The notes beneath the pieces are model-generated. The model was not told the origin of the DNA and searched no databases. It was given only the letters and a program-made list of their open reading frames with translations. Shown piece after piece: positions 38,281 through 50,785 of a stretch of DNA of 64,000 nucleotides. The position numbers were made by a program, and so were the translations under genes. Position 1 is the first letter of the stretch. The number at the start of each line of letters is the position of its first letter. Origin of the DNA: Octopus sinensis (taxonomy: Eukaryota); assembly GCF_006345805.1 (NCBI RefSeq), contig NC_043010.1:1116001-1180000 (forward strand). The letters run 5' to 3'.

Positions 38281-40489
38281 TGTAGCGATAAGAGATTAAT
38301 TTGAAGAACGATATGTGTTTTATATACAAACCTAAATTTATTTATACACTTTAAATTGGTTACGAAATGTATTTATATACATTAAAACATCATTGCAGTT
38401 CATTTTTTTTTTTTAGCGTGGAACTTGGATATCTTGATTTTCGTTTAGATTTTTACTTGCTGGTGATTGCTCAATACATCGAGTGAGGTTGGTAGCATTT
38501 ATTTTCTTTTCTAGTAATTTATTGTGATTTGAAAGCCGATAGGTATTTTTGCCACAAACTTCTGCAACAGCGGATCTTTACGGTTTGAACGGCAGTTTTT
38601 CTAACGGTGTCATATGAAATTGTCACCCATAATTATGACCCTAGTATCGATCTATTGCATTTCAATCTGTTTTAGGGTTAGGGTTAGTTAGGGGTGGGGG
38701 GAAGGGTATTTTTTTTCTTCACAAATGTAAATAAACCCAATATGTTTCTTAAACGAGGGACATATTCATACGGCACAGAATGTTTTTTTTTTTACCTCAA
38801 TAGACGTCAGTGATTGGTTGAAATTGCAGAAATTGAAGAAAAAAACAACAAATATCTTACAAACTGTAGAATTTTCTCAATAAAGCCAAGAGAAAAAGAT
38901 GTTTTATAAACACATTCTACCAGTATACGAAGTTTAAAATGTTTTAGTTACCTAGAAATTATGTTAAAAACTGGCGTTCAAACCGAAAAGATCCCAACAG
39001 CGTGACCCGTGCGACGTTCCGTAAAGTGTCCTCCCTTTCTGTCCCCTGGAATTATGTTTTTGAGCGGAACCTTATTTCCGATACTGAAAATGCCTCTGCT
39101 CCTGTTTTGCTACAGTATTGTTCTTTTTGAACGGACTGAGCTATTCTAATATTGGAGGCAACTCGAAAAAGCTGTCCCGAACAGCTGTCATAACATCAAT
39201 TTTTCTGGATATAGATTGAGTATTTACAAAACTGTCCCGATCTTTAGCAGTTGGGTTGTGTTGTAGTTCAAATGGAAGTGTAGCTTGCCTGTTGTATAAA
39301 ATTTCAAACGGGGTAAAATGAGTTTGGCTGTTCGATACACAAACAAAACTGCTGGTAAGCATTCAACCCAGCTGCCTCAAGGGATTTGATAAAAGCAACT
39401 TTTATAGTGATATTCTATCGCTCCAGTTGCCTCAAGCATTTGATAAAAGCAACTTTTATAGTGAGATTCTGTCGCTACACAAGGCTATTTGCTTGAGGGC
39501 GTTAAGCACTTGCTATGTGCTGCTGTGTTCCTGTCAGTTTATGTAGCTCTGCAGACACTCTGTTTACCAATTCTCATCTTTGGTCTTTCATCTGAAGTTT
39601 TATACAGTCTTGCCGACAAATAACATCCTCAAAGAGAAACTTCCCCATACTTTTCCGCTGTGTGATCTTTCTAAGGTCGAGCCTCAAACCATTTGGAAAA
39701 GTAACCCATTGCAACAACAATAACCATAATCTGTTTTCGGCAAACTGATGCTATCGACACCAGTTTGGGCCATCACTTCGTTTGGCACCGGAACAGGATG
39801 AAACGCTCCAGCATTAATTTTGTGAACAGGGTTCACTTTATGACACCGATCACAAGAGAAAACGAACTCTTTCGTGTCTTTGGCCACATTTTTCCGATAA
39901 AACATCTCAAAAATGTCAACCCTTGTTCTATCGACACCAAGATGACTTCCTGAGCAGTGGGCAGGGTCACAATCTCCACAAACCATGTGAATATTTGAAA
40001 TAATACTCTTCTGTTCATCCGGACTCCGAATGAACAAGACTTCTCGGTATTCATTTTCAGAATTCCTTACTCTCTCTGCTCTGTGGCGACCACTCCGAGC
40101 AACATAATGCTTACAAAGCCTTTTCGTTTTTGAACATAGGACGTCCATATTTGTTGTTAACAACTTAATCAAGTATCAAATCAATGTTGTTAGCTTTGTC
40201 TTCTGTTCTTAAAGTAGCCATTCTGGATATGCTGCTTTCAAATTTCTTCTGCTTTTAGTAACTAAGCGAAAACTCCAACTAAATGAAAGTTCCGACTTTC
40301 TCTTTGATTTACAAAGGTACATTACGCACACACGCACACATAACAAACATCAACACACATTTAATGGGTTCACCCCTTATCTCCCTATTTGCTATTACGG
40401 TGACGAACATTTGAGGAAGGATTTGGGGTGGGGGTAATCTGAAATCGTAGAGAGTAATCTGAATGGGAGGTAATCTGAAATCGCTATAC
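38281..40489 (-). mobile_element. Ginger/GIN-like element with decayed Gypsy-type integrase
   Basis: HHCC (IH..SHLG..CDRC), GVDSI, YFSKWFEARP, FEDVICRQ..DQ, PQANSLV*RQN, FTPFEILYNRQATLP across frameshifts; no RT or LTR; weak terminal similarity TAGCGATnnnAGATTA. Confidence 0.7.
38572..38994. mobile_element. MITE with about 29-bp TIR (GGATCTTT.CGGTTTGAACGGCAGTTTTT) and TSD CAACAGC
   Basis: TIRs and flanking duplication visible; internal TTAGGGTTAGGG; second copy at 53463-53890. Confidence 0.9.
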
Positions 40490-40494
40490 CCGAT

Positions 40495-40978
40495 AGTCAA
40501 TAAATTCGGCCTGCACCCATTATCCTGCAGCCTTAGCACGGGCTGGTTCCCTCGACTCACCGCTCTGAATGACAATCAGAAGAGGTTTCTCGACGCGCGT
40601 GGCTCTCCGTCTCAGCCGCAGCCAGTTGGTCTTAACCGTCTTCCCACACGAAAGAAGAGGGATATTAATGCTGCGACACATTCTCCGGCTCCAACCTTGC
40701 TGTATCAGCTGCAAACCCGGGTATCACTGCCCTAAACACAGAGGAAGGAAATAGAGAGAGCTACAAAGATCTGACCAGCCGCTATCAGTTTGAACTCGTT
40801 GCCGTTGTGACCTCGGGTGTCTTCGAGCCCCGCACTAAAATGTTCCTCCGCAAAATCGGGATAACGACGGTCCGTCTGGGAAATGAACCACACCAAGTGG
40901 AATGGCTGCTGTAGCGGGTGTCGCTGGCCATTCTTTCCGGCAACGCTTTTGAAATCATGACCGCGGGGCGCTGCTAAA
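40495..40978 (+). pseudogene. CRE-like retrotransposon remnant, zinc knuckle/RLE C-terminus
   Basis: VNKFGLHPLSCSLSTGWFPRLTALND...CDTFSGSNL...SYKDLTSRYQFELVAVVTSGV...EWLL*RVSLAILSGNAFEI. Confidence 0.75.
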
Positions 40979-41084
40979 TACGCCATTCATCTGAGACGTG
41001 CGGCCAGTTGCTCCCCACTTCATCTTCTGCTGTTTCATCTCACATTATTTTTCTCTTCCCTGTTTCTTTGTTTCCTTCTAATTA

Positions 41085-41240
41085 AAGTGGCTGTGTGGTA
41101 AGAAGTCTGCTTCCCAACCACATGGTTCTGGGTTCAGTTTCACTGCGTGGCACCTTGGGCCTGTGTTTTCTGCTGTAGCCGCGAGTTGACCAAAGCCTTG
41201 CGAGTTGATTTGGCTAAGGGAAACTGAAAGAAGCCCGTGG
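41085..41240 (+). mobile_element. SINE family A head
   Basis: Head and CORE-like domain only. Confidence 0.8.
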
Positions 41241-41427
41241 TATAACTATACCATAATGGAGAAAGCTGCTTATTAATTAGATATGTTACAATTACTAAAA
41301 GTACTCAAAGAAAGTGATTATTAAAGGGTTGACCGTCGCGAAATATTTTTATGAATTCCTGTTCTACGAAATTTCCTATAATTTCGATTTCTCAAGTTTA
41401 CTGAAATTTTGTAACTCCATTTTCTCG

Positions 41428-41750
41428 CAAATTTAAATATTCATTGCATTCACTGCGTCCACTTCTTCACAAATTTAAATATTCATTGCATTCACTGCGT
41501 CCACTTCTTCACAAATTTAAATATTCATTGCATTCACTGCGTCCACTTCTTCACAAATTTAAATATTCATTGCATTCACTGCGTCCACTTCTTCACAAAT
41601 TTAAATATTCATTGCATTCACTGCGTCCACTTCTTCACAAATTTAAATATTCATTGCATTCACTGCGTCCACTTCTTCACAAATTTAAATATTCATTGCA
41701 TTCACTGCGTCCACTTCTTCACAAATTTAAGTATTCATTGCATTCACTGC
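41428..41750. repeat. 42-bp minisatellite, 7 identical units + partial
   Basis: Unit CAAATTTAAATATTCATTGCATTCACTGCGTCCACTTCTTCA. Confidence 0.97.
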
Positions 41751-43487
41751 AGAGTATTCCATTTTCATTTCCAAAGTCTCACTTTCTCATTTAAGTTTTA
41801 ATTCGCTATTTGGAAAACATACAGTTTATTCAATTACTGTGTACGTAATGTAAAAACATTATTTATTGATTGAAAATTTAAAAAATACCCGTAAAATTTT
41901 GAACGCGGGATAGAAAGTTAGGTAATTACTTTTAGAAGACGAGGAGAAAAAAAGTTACCGAAAAGTACTCGAGACTTGCATCTTATTCACAGTTTCCAAA
42001 TACTCTGTACCACTAAGCTAATATATACACAAACAAGTTGCACGAGTGACTTCAACAGTTACACACACACACAGTAATACACACATAGATACACATACAA
42101 ATGAAAGGCAATGAATGTGTGTGTATGTGTTTGTGTATTGTTCACTGACAAAACTTTGTGCTGCATCACTTTTGGAAAGTTTTGTCAGTGAAAAAGTCGC
42201 GGTTTCAAAGCGACGAAAATAATTTTGATACAAATGAAATTTTAATGTTGAAGCGAAACTGGTGCCACTTGAATACATTTTAAATATTCGCTGTGTAGAC
42301 GTGTAATGACACCCTAGCCATGACCCTAACTAGCCTTAAAACTAACCCTAAAGCTAGCCCTATCCTTCATATCGTTACGTAAATGCATCGGGACCTCTGT
42401 ATTTAAGCAGTGCCGTGAAACTAATGGTTTCTATGTGTTCTTAAATATGGGTTCTTAAATGCCAGCAATTGCCTTCTCAATCTCTGCAATATTTTAATTT
42501 CTAAACAGAAACAATCGGGGGCAGGGAGTGGGGTTGCAAAAAATTCATAATTTCTCAATTTTTTTTTATAGTATATAAATGTATTTACGGGGGAAAATAT
42601 TGTAAAACATCAATATATGCTGAGTGATAAAGAAACGAGGAGGGTTGTCTTTGGATGTGCTAGAAACAACAGTCAAATCGCCCTTAAAGCACTCACTTTT
42701 GCCTCTGAAAATATTAACAATTTTAAAAAATACTTTTACCGAAAATGCTCTTCCCATGGTTTTGAAGGGCAAAAAAAAAAAAAAGGTCCGGAGTGTGATG
42801 CTGAGACAGAGCGGTGTAAAATAAGAGTTTTCAAAACATTTTTCATACGAGGATTACCCCACCCCGAAACCCCATCATTTCGAAGGCTGTGGTTTAAAAA
42901 AATTTATGCCGTTTGATTGTGTGAATTTTCCGAAATTCCTCTCCCACCCCATCGGAAAAATTCTTTCCTCTAAATCCTTATAAACTCTAATATCTAAGCG
43001 GTATTGGTAGAAATTTTAAAAAAAAGAATCCATTTTTCTGGATGTTATGAGGCAACAAAGTCAGGATATTTACATCAGTAGCAATGCTCTTTTATTTACA
43101 CGATTTTTTCATTTCATGTTTATTTCATTCATTGTTTGCAATGTTTTCTCTCCCCACTCCCTTTCTCTCACACACACACATACTGCAAAGCTTACAGATG
43201 GACTGCTGCATTGGAATCTCTATGTTGCTTTGAAGGGAAAGTAAAACTTGACAAACTGCTTCTCCCTCTGTTGTTGGACTACCGTGATGTTTGTTTTAAA
43301 AAGACAGACTATGACTGTGATAAAATAGTGAAAGCAATATTTACTAAGCAAGTGAGCACTATTATACAAAGAAATAATTAGACATAAAATATTAAAATTA
43401 TTAGAATCGGAAATTAAATGTGAAAATATCATCAAGAAGCTAAGAGAAAACCGCCCGGAAGGCGGTCTTTCTGCTAGCATATATATT

Positions 43488-45096
43488 CTTTATTCTTTTA
43501 TTATTTTACTTTTTTCAACAGTCATTTGAACAACTCGAGCCCAGGACGTATTCTTTGTAAGCCTGGTACTTATTCTATCGGTCTCTTTTGCCGAACTGCT
43601 AAGTTACAGGGACATAAATACACCAGCATCAGTTGTCAAGCGATGGTGGGGCGACAAACACAGACACACAAATACACACACATACACACACAGACATGCA
43701 GGAAGTAAATAGACACCTTTAATTTTCAAAATCTTTTATTTAATACGCAAAGCGAACAATTGAAATGTTATCGATAGGTAGGACTCCATACTTTAGTATT
43801 TAGTTGACATTTCTTTTGCAGTTTTTAATTCAGAAACTCTTTTTGGCATTGAACTGATGAGCTTAGTGATTGTCTCTTGTGAAATTTCTGCCCACTTTTC
43901 ACGCAACAATCGAAACATCTTTAGATTTAGGTTTCTGTCCAGTTTTTCGTTTAGCTCTATCTAGTATGCTCCAAAGATTTTCAATTGGGTTCTTGTCAGG
44001 AGACTGGCTCGGCCAAGGAAGCTTTTTGTTCCCATTTCAGTCAGCCATTGTTGATTCATTTTCGCTGTGCGGCATGGAGCCCCATCTTCCATGAATAAAA
44101 ACTCATTTTTCGTTATGTTATCGTGTGAATACATCGGAAGTAATCTTTGCTCAAGTATTTCGACATATTTTTCAGAGTTTATGGTTCCAACACATTCGAT
44201 CAGCTCAGAACAACCATTGCTGGTGACAGCTCCCTATACCGTTACAGAGATACTGCCATGTTTCACAAGCGGTTGGAGTTGTTTCAAATCAGATTCTTGA
44301 TTGGGAAGCCTTCAGACCCAAACACGTCAACTGTCTGAAAATAATGCAAATCTGGATTCATCTGAGAAAATCACTCTATCCCAAAATGAACTGGATTTTT
44401 CTGACATCTCCTTAACTCATTTCTTTCTTTTCATGATATTGAAGGAGAGGTTTTCTTCCAACTGCTCGTCCATAATACCCAAGCTTATGCAGGTATGTAA
44501 CACACATTCTTGGACTAACTTCTAGCTGTTTTGTAATGTCAGAAGCCTTCAAACGGGGTTCGTTTTCCACAATTCTCTTCAAACAGCGAAGCTTCCTTTC
44601 CGTGGGTCCAGGTCGGCCGGGACGAGAATCTGTTGATTCTTTTCCTTGGCTTTTGAATTGCACTATAATTCTATTAACAGTAGCAAGAGGAATTTGAAGA
44701 TTTTCGGCAATTTTTAGTTGCCTAAATTTTACACCGATGAAAACATATTAAGACGCTTAGATAAGAAGTTTTGAAAATTAAAGGTGTCTATTTACTTCCT
44801 GCATGTGTGTAAGTGTGTGTATGTATGTATGTATGTATGTATGTATATATATATATTATATATATATATATAATATATATATATATATATAATATATATA
44901 TATATATATACGACAGGCTTCTTTCAGTTTCCGTCTACCAAGTGTCTTCTGCTATATGTCATATTTTCCGTTTGTTGTCTTCTTTTTATTTAATCCTTCT
45001 GTAGTAGAAGACTCTTGGCTAAGGTGCTCCGCAGTGGAATTGAACCCGGAATCATGTGTTTGGGAAGCTTCTTACCATACAGCCACTCCTGCGCCT
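43488..45096 (-). mobile_element. SINE family A split by a Tc1 insertion
   Basis: Tail half 43488-43698, head half 44802-45096. Confidence 0.8.
43699..44801 (-). mobile_element. Tc1 transposon (DD34E), complete between TIRs but inactivated
   Basis: TIR CAGGAAGTAAATAGACACCTTTAATTTTCAAAA; YLHKLGYYGRAVGRKPLL, VIFSDESRF, FMEDGAPC, WPSQSPDKNPIENLW; stops and frameshifts. Confidence 0.92.
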
Positions 45097-45477
45097 ATAG
45101 GAAAGTTTTCTGGAGAAGTTAGTTGATTGGTGAGCGCTGTGTCTGTGTGTTGGAGGCTTGGCCGGAGATGTTGCGAGGCGTGCGGGTGTGTACCTGTGTT
45201 TGTCTGTGTGCGTGAGCGTATGCATGCATATGTATCTGTGCTTGTGACTGCATGTGTGTGTTTATGTGTATGCTTGTGTGTGATTGGGATGTGTGCGCTC
45301 GTGTGAGTGTGTACTTGTGTCTGCGTTTGTGCATGTGTGTGTGCTTGCGTGAGATTGTTTGTGTATGAGTGTGTGCTTGTGTATGCGTGTGTATGTGTAT
45401 AAGTGTGCATGTGTGTGTGAGAGAGAGAGGGAAAGAGGGAGAGAGAGATAGAGAGAGTGTATGTGTATAAGTGTGCA

Positions 45478-45516
<39 letters not shown>

Positions 45517-45684
45517 GGGAGATAGAGATAGAGAGAGTGTATGTGTGTGTGTGCATTTTGAAACCGCAATGTGTCTGTGTGTCCGCACTGCGATATCGAT
45601 GCAAAGACGTTGCTCTCAGCGCGCGACGGTGTGTGCTGGACGCGTGTGTCATCGCGAGCACGTGGATGCGCGTTTTATGTTTCA

Positions 45685-46800
45685 CTTATTTCAAGCCATT
45701 AGACTGCGGCCATGCTGGGGCACCGCCTTGACGGGTTCAAGCGAACAAATCGATCTCAGTACTTACATCTCTAAATTCTGGTACTTACTTTATGGGACTC
45801 CTTTTGCCGGCCGAACCGCCAGAAAACGGGGACGTAAACAAACCAGCATCGATTGTCATACGGTAGGGATGAGACTACAAAGACACACACACACACACAT
45901 GCACACTCACACACAAATATACACTCGCACACACCTACCCACGCGCACACACATATATGAATCGATATTTTTATTCTTTTATGTATATCTGCCCAAAGGT
46001 TGTGGCCTCGCTGGAGCACCGACAGTGTCATCACCACGTCGGAGATCTTGGCCGCAGATCAAGGTGCTTCTTGAAAAATCTACCCTCCATGTAGATCTCT
46101 CAGATTTTTGGCGAAGGCGCAGGCGTGGCTGTGTGGTAAGAAGCTTGCTTCATAACCGCATAGTTCTGAGTTCAATCCGACTGCGTGGCACCTTGGGCAA
46201 GTGACTTCTACTATAGCCTCGGGCCGACCGAAGCCTTGTGAGTAGATCTGGTAGATAGGAACTGAAAGAAGACCGTCGTATATATGTGTACGTGTGTGTG
46301 TGTGTGTTATGTTGTGTGTGAGTGTGTGTGTTTTCTCCCCTCCCCCACAATCGTTTGCTAACCGATGCTGGTGTGTTTGTGTTCCCGTAGCTTAACAGGT
46401 CGGCAAAAGGTAGCCGAATGCTGTGAATGAACGGGCTTTGCACGTATACCCGAATATAAGATTATTACTAATGCAGGAGTGGGTGTGTGGTAAGTAGCTT
46501 GCTTACCGACCACATGGTTCTGGGTTCAGTCCCACTGCATGGCACCTTGGGCAAGTGTCTTCTACTATAGCCTCGAGCCAAACAAAGCCTTGCGAGTGGA
46601 TCTGGTAGACGGAAACTGAAAGAATAAGTACTAGGTTTACAAAGAATAAGTCCTGGGGTCGGGTCAATTAGCTCGACTAATAGGCGGTGCTCCAGCATGG
46701 CCACAGTCAAATGACTGAAACAAGTACAAGAGTAAATACTGACTGCTCGAATTTTACTACCTTCCTACACCTGTATCCTTGGATCTTACCTTTTCATATC

Positions 46801-46834
<34 letters not shown>

Positions 46835-47046
46835 GAGTCACAAAGCACCTGGTCGGCACGCAGGTATCTCTTTACTTGTTTTAGTCGTTAGACTGCGACC
46901 ATGCCTTGAAGAGTTTTAAGTCGAAAGAATCGTACCAAGTGCTACTTTTTAAAAGTCTAATTCTTTTCTGTCAGCTTCTTAGGCCGAACCGCTAAGTTAC
47001 ATGGACAAACGGTGGTGGTAGGGAAAAACATACACAAACACAGATA

Positions 47047-47134
<88 letters not shown>

Positions 47135-47290
47135 GGTGGGATTCTTTTAGTTTCCATCTTCGAAAGCTGAAAGGCTTTGGTCAGTCTGAGTTGCAGTAGA
47201 AGACAATCCACCCGGTGTGTTGCGCAGAGGGAGAGGGTCCGGAACCGTAGGAGTGGAGAGCAAACTTCTTAACATGCAGCTACGTCTGCG
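45685..47290. mobile_element. Cluster of four SINE family A copies (45685-45900 -, 46115-46420 +, 46472-46735 +, 46868-47290 -)
   Basis: Family modules visible; the 46472 copy lacks the central microsatellite section. Confidence 0.8.
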
Positions 47291-47317
47291 ACCGTCGTTA
47301 CGCCTGCTCCAAAAGGT

Positions 47318-47318
47318 A

Positions 47319-47364
<46 letters not shown>

Positions 47365-47885
47365 CGTGTGTGCGTGTGTGTGTGCGTGCGTGTGTGTGTG
47401 TGCGTGCGTGCGTGTGTGTGTGTGTGTGGTGTGCGTGTGTGCGTGTGTGTGTGTGCGTGCGTGCGTGCGTGTGTGTGTGGTGTGCGTGTGTGTGGTGTGT
47501 GCGTTGTGTGTGTGTGTGTGCGTGCGTGCGTGGTGTGTGTGTGTGTGGTGTGTGTGTGTGCTGTGTGTGTGTGTGTGTGTGCGTGTGTGTGTGTTGTGTT
47601 TGTGTGTGGTGTGTGTGTGTGTGTTGTGTGTGTGTGTGTGTGTGTGGTGCGTGTGTGTGTGTTTGTGTGCGTGCGTGTGTTGTGTGTGCGTGTGGTGTGT
47701 GTGCGTGTGTGCGTGTGTGTGTGGTGTGCGTGTGTGTGTGTGTGCGTGTGTGTGTGTGTGCTGTGTGTGTGTGTGCGTGTGTGCGTGTGTGTGTGTGTGC
47801 GTGTGTTGTGTGTGTGTGTTGGTGTGTGTGTGTGGTGTGTGTGTGTGCGTGTGTGTGTGTGTGTGTGTGTGCGTGTGTGTGTGTG
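47318..47885. repeat. (GT/GC)n compound microsatellite, about 570 bp
   Basis: Directly visible. Confidence 0.95.
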
Positions 47886-48741
47886 TTAACGCTTGTATAC
47901 ACACAGTTATGTTTATGCATGCATATATATATGTGCTTAGGCATGTCTGTATATATGTGTAACAAGATGAAGGTCTCACTGCGTATGTGTTCACGCATCT
48001 ATGTATATGTATGTGTGAATGATTGTGTATGTGTGTGTGTGTATATTTTGAAGGGCCTTAACATTTAATACCTATGTGTATGTGTGAATTCGTATGTATG
48101 CGTGCATGTGTGTATCCGTGTGTGTGTGCATGCATGTGTGTGTGCATGCATGTGCGTGCGTGTCCGTCTATGTATATGTATGTGTGAATGATTGTGTATG
48201 TGTGTATCCGTGTGTGTGCATGCATGTGCGTGCGTGTCCGTCTATGTGTATGTATGTGTATGCATATATCTGTACCTAGTTGTACGTATCTATAACTATA
48301 TAAACAGGTCCGCTCCTGCGTATGAGTGTGTGTGTGTGTGCGTGTGTCTGTGTGTGTGTGTGTGAGTGCCCAATCGCATATATGTTGACATCTATGCATA
48401 CGGGTGCAATCGCACGTGTGTATGTGTGTGCTAATGTCTATACCCATGTGTGTGTGTGTGTGTGTGTGTGTTTGTGTGCGTGCGTGCGTGCTGCCCTTGT
48501 CACTCCGTATTGTGTTTAGATCAACCGCTTGAACAGTCTTCAACAAAATTACATAATTTTGACTGTTTTTAGCTTTTTTATTATTCATTTTTAAAAGAAA
48601 AAAAAAGGGAGGTGGTTTTCGTCGCCAGAATGCAAAATTTCTTTGGTGTCAGAAGAATTTGAAAAAATAAGAGAAAATCTCGTGAAAATTTGAAATATTT
48701 CAGATCGGCGGAAGAAATTTTAACAAAGTCCGTAAATAGGT

Positions 48742-48902
48742 TCAAGAGTGGCTGTATGGTAAAGGAGTTTGTTTACTAACCACATGGTTCCGGGTTCAGT
48801 CCCACTGCGTTGCACATTGGGCAAGTGTTTTCTACTTTAGCCTCGGGACGACCAAAGCCTTGTGAGTGGATTTGGTAGACGGAAACTGAAAGAAGCCCAT
48901 CG

Positions 48903-48947
<45 letters not shown>

Positions 48948-49150
48948 TTTGTTTGTTACTGCACCATCGCTTGACAACCGATGTTGGCGTCTTTACATCC
49001 CTGTAACTTTGCAGTTCGGCAAAGTAAGCAGTTAGCGTAAGTACTAGGCTTACAAAGGATAAGTCCTGGGGGGGAGGGTCGATTTGTTCGACTAAAGGCG
49101 GTGCTCCAGCAAGGTTGCAGTCAGATGACTGAAACAAATAAAAGAATAAA
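48742..49150 (+). mobile_element. SINE family A
   Basis: Full copy. Confidence 0.85.
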
Positions 49151-49435
49151 GAAAGAAAAGAATATATGCCTGTAGAGTTGCTTGTATATGTGCCAATTTC
49201 CTCGCTTTCTCTGCGAATGTGCTTCTACGTGTATATGCGCGCGTGTTTTAGTGTCGGGTTATGTTTCATGGTAAAACATGACCCTAAGAGGTGTTTACTA
49301 AGACACCTTCACATACACTGTGTCGGGGACCATTCCTCCCGCCCAGCTATAATTTATCATCGTCATCATAGTCGCTGTCGTCATCGTCACAGTTGCCCTC
49401 GTCGTCATCATCATCATCATAACCACCACCACCGC

Positions 49436-49544
49436 CTTCTTCTTCTTCTTCTTCTTCTTCTTCTTCTTCTTCTTCTTCTTCTTCTTCTTCTTCTTCTTCT
49501 TCTTCTTCTTCTTCTTCTTCTTCTTCTTCTTCTTCTTCTTCTTC
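49436..49544. repeat. Pure (TTC)n tract, about 36 units
   Basis: Directly visible. Confidence 0.97.
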
Positions 49545-49662
49545 AACGCACGAAGCTAAACAACAACAACAACAAGAACGGGCACAAAAGCAGCAACAAC
49601 AATGAAAGCGACAACACTGAGAACAACAACACCAGCAACTACAACAGAAACATAGCAACAAC

Positions 49663-49852
49663 GGTGGAGGCGCAATGGCCCAGTGGTTAGGGCAGCGGAC
49701 TCGCGGTCGTAAGAACGCGGTTTCGATTCCCAGACCGGGCATTGTGAGTGTTTATTGAGCAAAAACACCTAAGCTCCACGAAGCTCCGGCGGGGGCTGGG
49801 GGCGAACCCCGCTGTACTCTTTTACCACAACTTTCTCTCACTCATTCTTCCT
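49663..49852 (+). mobile_element. SINE family C, 3'-truncated
   Basis: Near-identical head to the 31244 copy. Confidence 0.85.
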
Positions 49853-50639
49853 ACTTCTGCCACAAAGCAGAGGAACCATAGTGTAACCCACTATGATGTG
49901 GTAAACTTTCATACCCTAGTCTAGATGACGAATCCTCTGTACCCCAGGGTATGAGGAAAAGAGAGAGAGGAAGAGAGAGATGAAACAGAAAAACAGAGGA
50001 TTATGAGATGAGTAAAAGAATGAATAATTGTGCCTGCTTGAATGAAGTTAGTGATAAAAGGATGGGGATCGGAAGAACTTTTTGGACTTCAGAAAGGTCT
50101 CTGGATGAAGGGAACTCTTTTGGATCACCCACTTCCCGGCCAAACAAAGCCTACACCTCCGGTTGCTGTTAACATGTGGCTTGAAGTTTCTAAGCTTTCT
50201 TTAACTGAAGTTGTGTCTTAACGCTTTAATGTTTCGTCTGCTTGGGTCTTAAAGGTAAAGCAATGGTTGTTTAGTTGGAATTTGGAAGGACCTCCAGTTG
50301 CTCCGACAAATCACTGTATTTGCGTCGTTTCAAAAGGGTCTTCAGTACGTCTGCCACTCCAAATACGATGGCATCTGTGTTACATTGTCCATAAAGTAGG
50401 CATGCATTATTACCAGTGTTTGGTTTAGGACATTAAATTAATATATATAAACACACACACACACACGCGCGCATGCAGGCACGCACACACTAGCACAAAT
50501 ACATTTGTGTATTTATTTATATCTGAATAGGATTAGCTACTTAGTATGCCTAATCTTAATCTAATCTTTAATTTGTATTATTTTCTTTTTTATTTTGTAA
50601 TTTTGTTTGAAATTTTCTTTTGTTAGTTTATATTTCCAT

Positions 50640-50785
50640 AGAGGCTGTCCGTCATGCCGTATATGACAGGAGATATTCACTTTAGCTCTGGGTTCTCCTC
50701 CGCTGGTCAATGCATTGGGCGACAAGCTTCCTCCACCGAGTTCTGTCGGCTGCTACTCTTGCTAATCCACTCCACATAATGTTAA
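50640..50785 (-). mobile_element. RTE-like LINE 3' remnant
   Basis: WSGLARVAADRTRWRKLVAQC...*. Confidence 0.55.

Noticed and set aside
38660-38705. Telomere or interstitial telomeric array
   Set aside because: Only about two TTAGGG units, internal to a MITE present twice.
41444-41794. 14-aa repeat protein
   Set aside because: By-product of a 42-bp VNTR; begins at a non-ATG codon, with no splice or homology support.
47147-48068. 283-aa His/Thr or Cys/Val ORFs
   Set aside because: (GT)n microsatellite translation.
49166-49742. Poly-K, poly-E and poly-L ORFs
   Set aside because: Translation of the (TTC)n tract.
50100-50400. Possible further RLE remnant on the minus strand (KRRKYSDL)
   Set aside because: Only one short motif is recognisable; too decayed to support.
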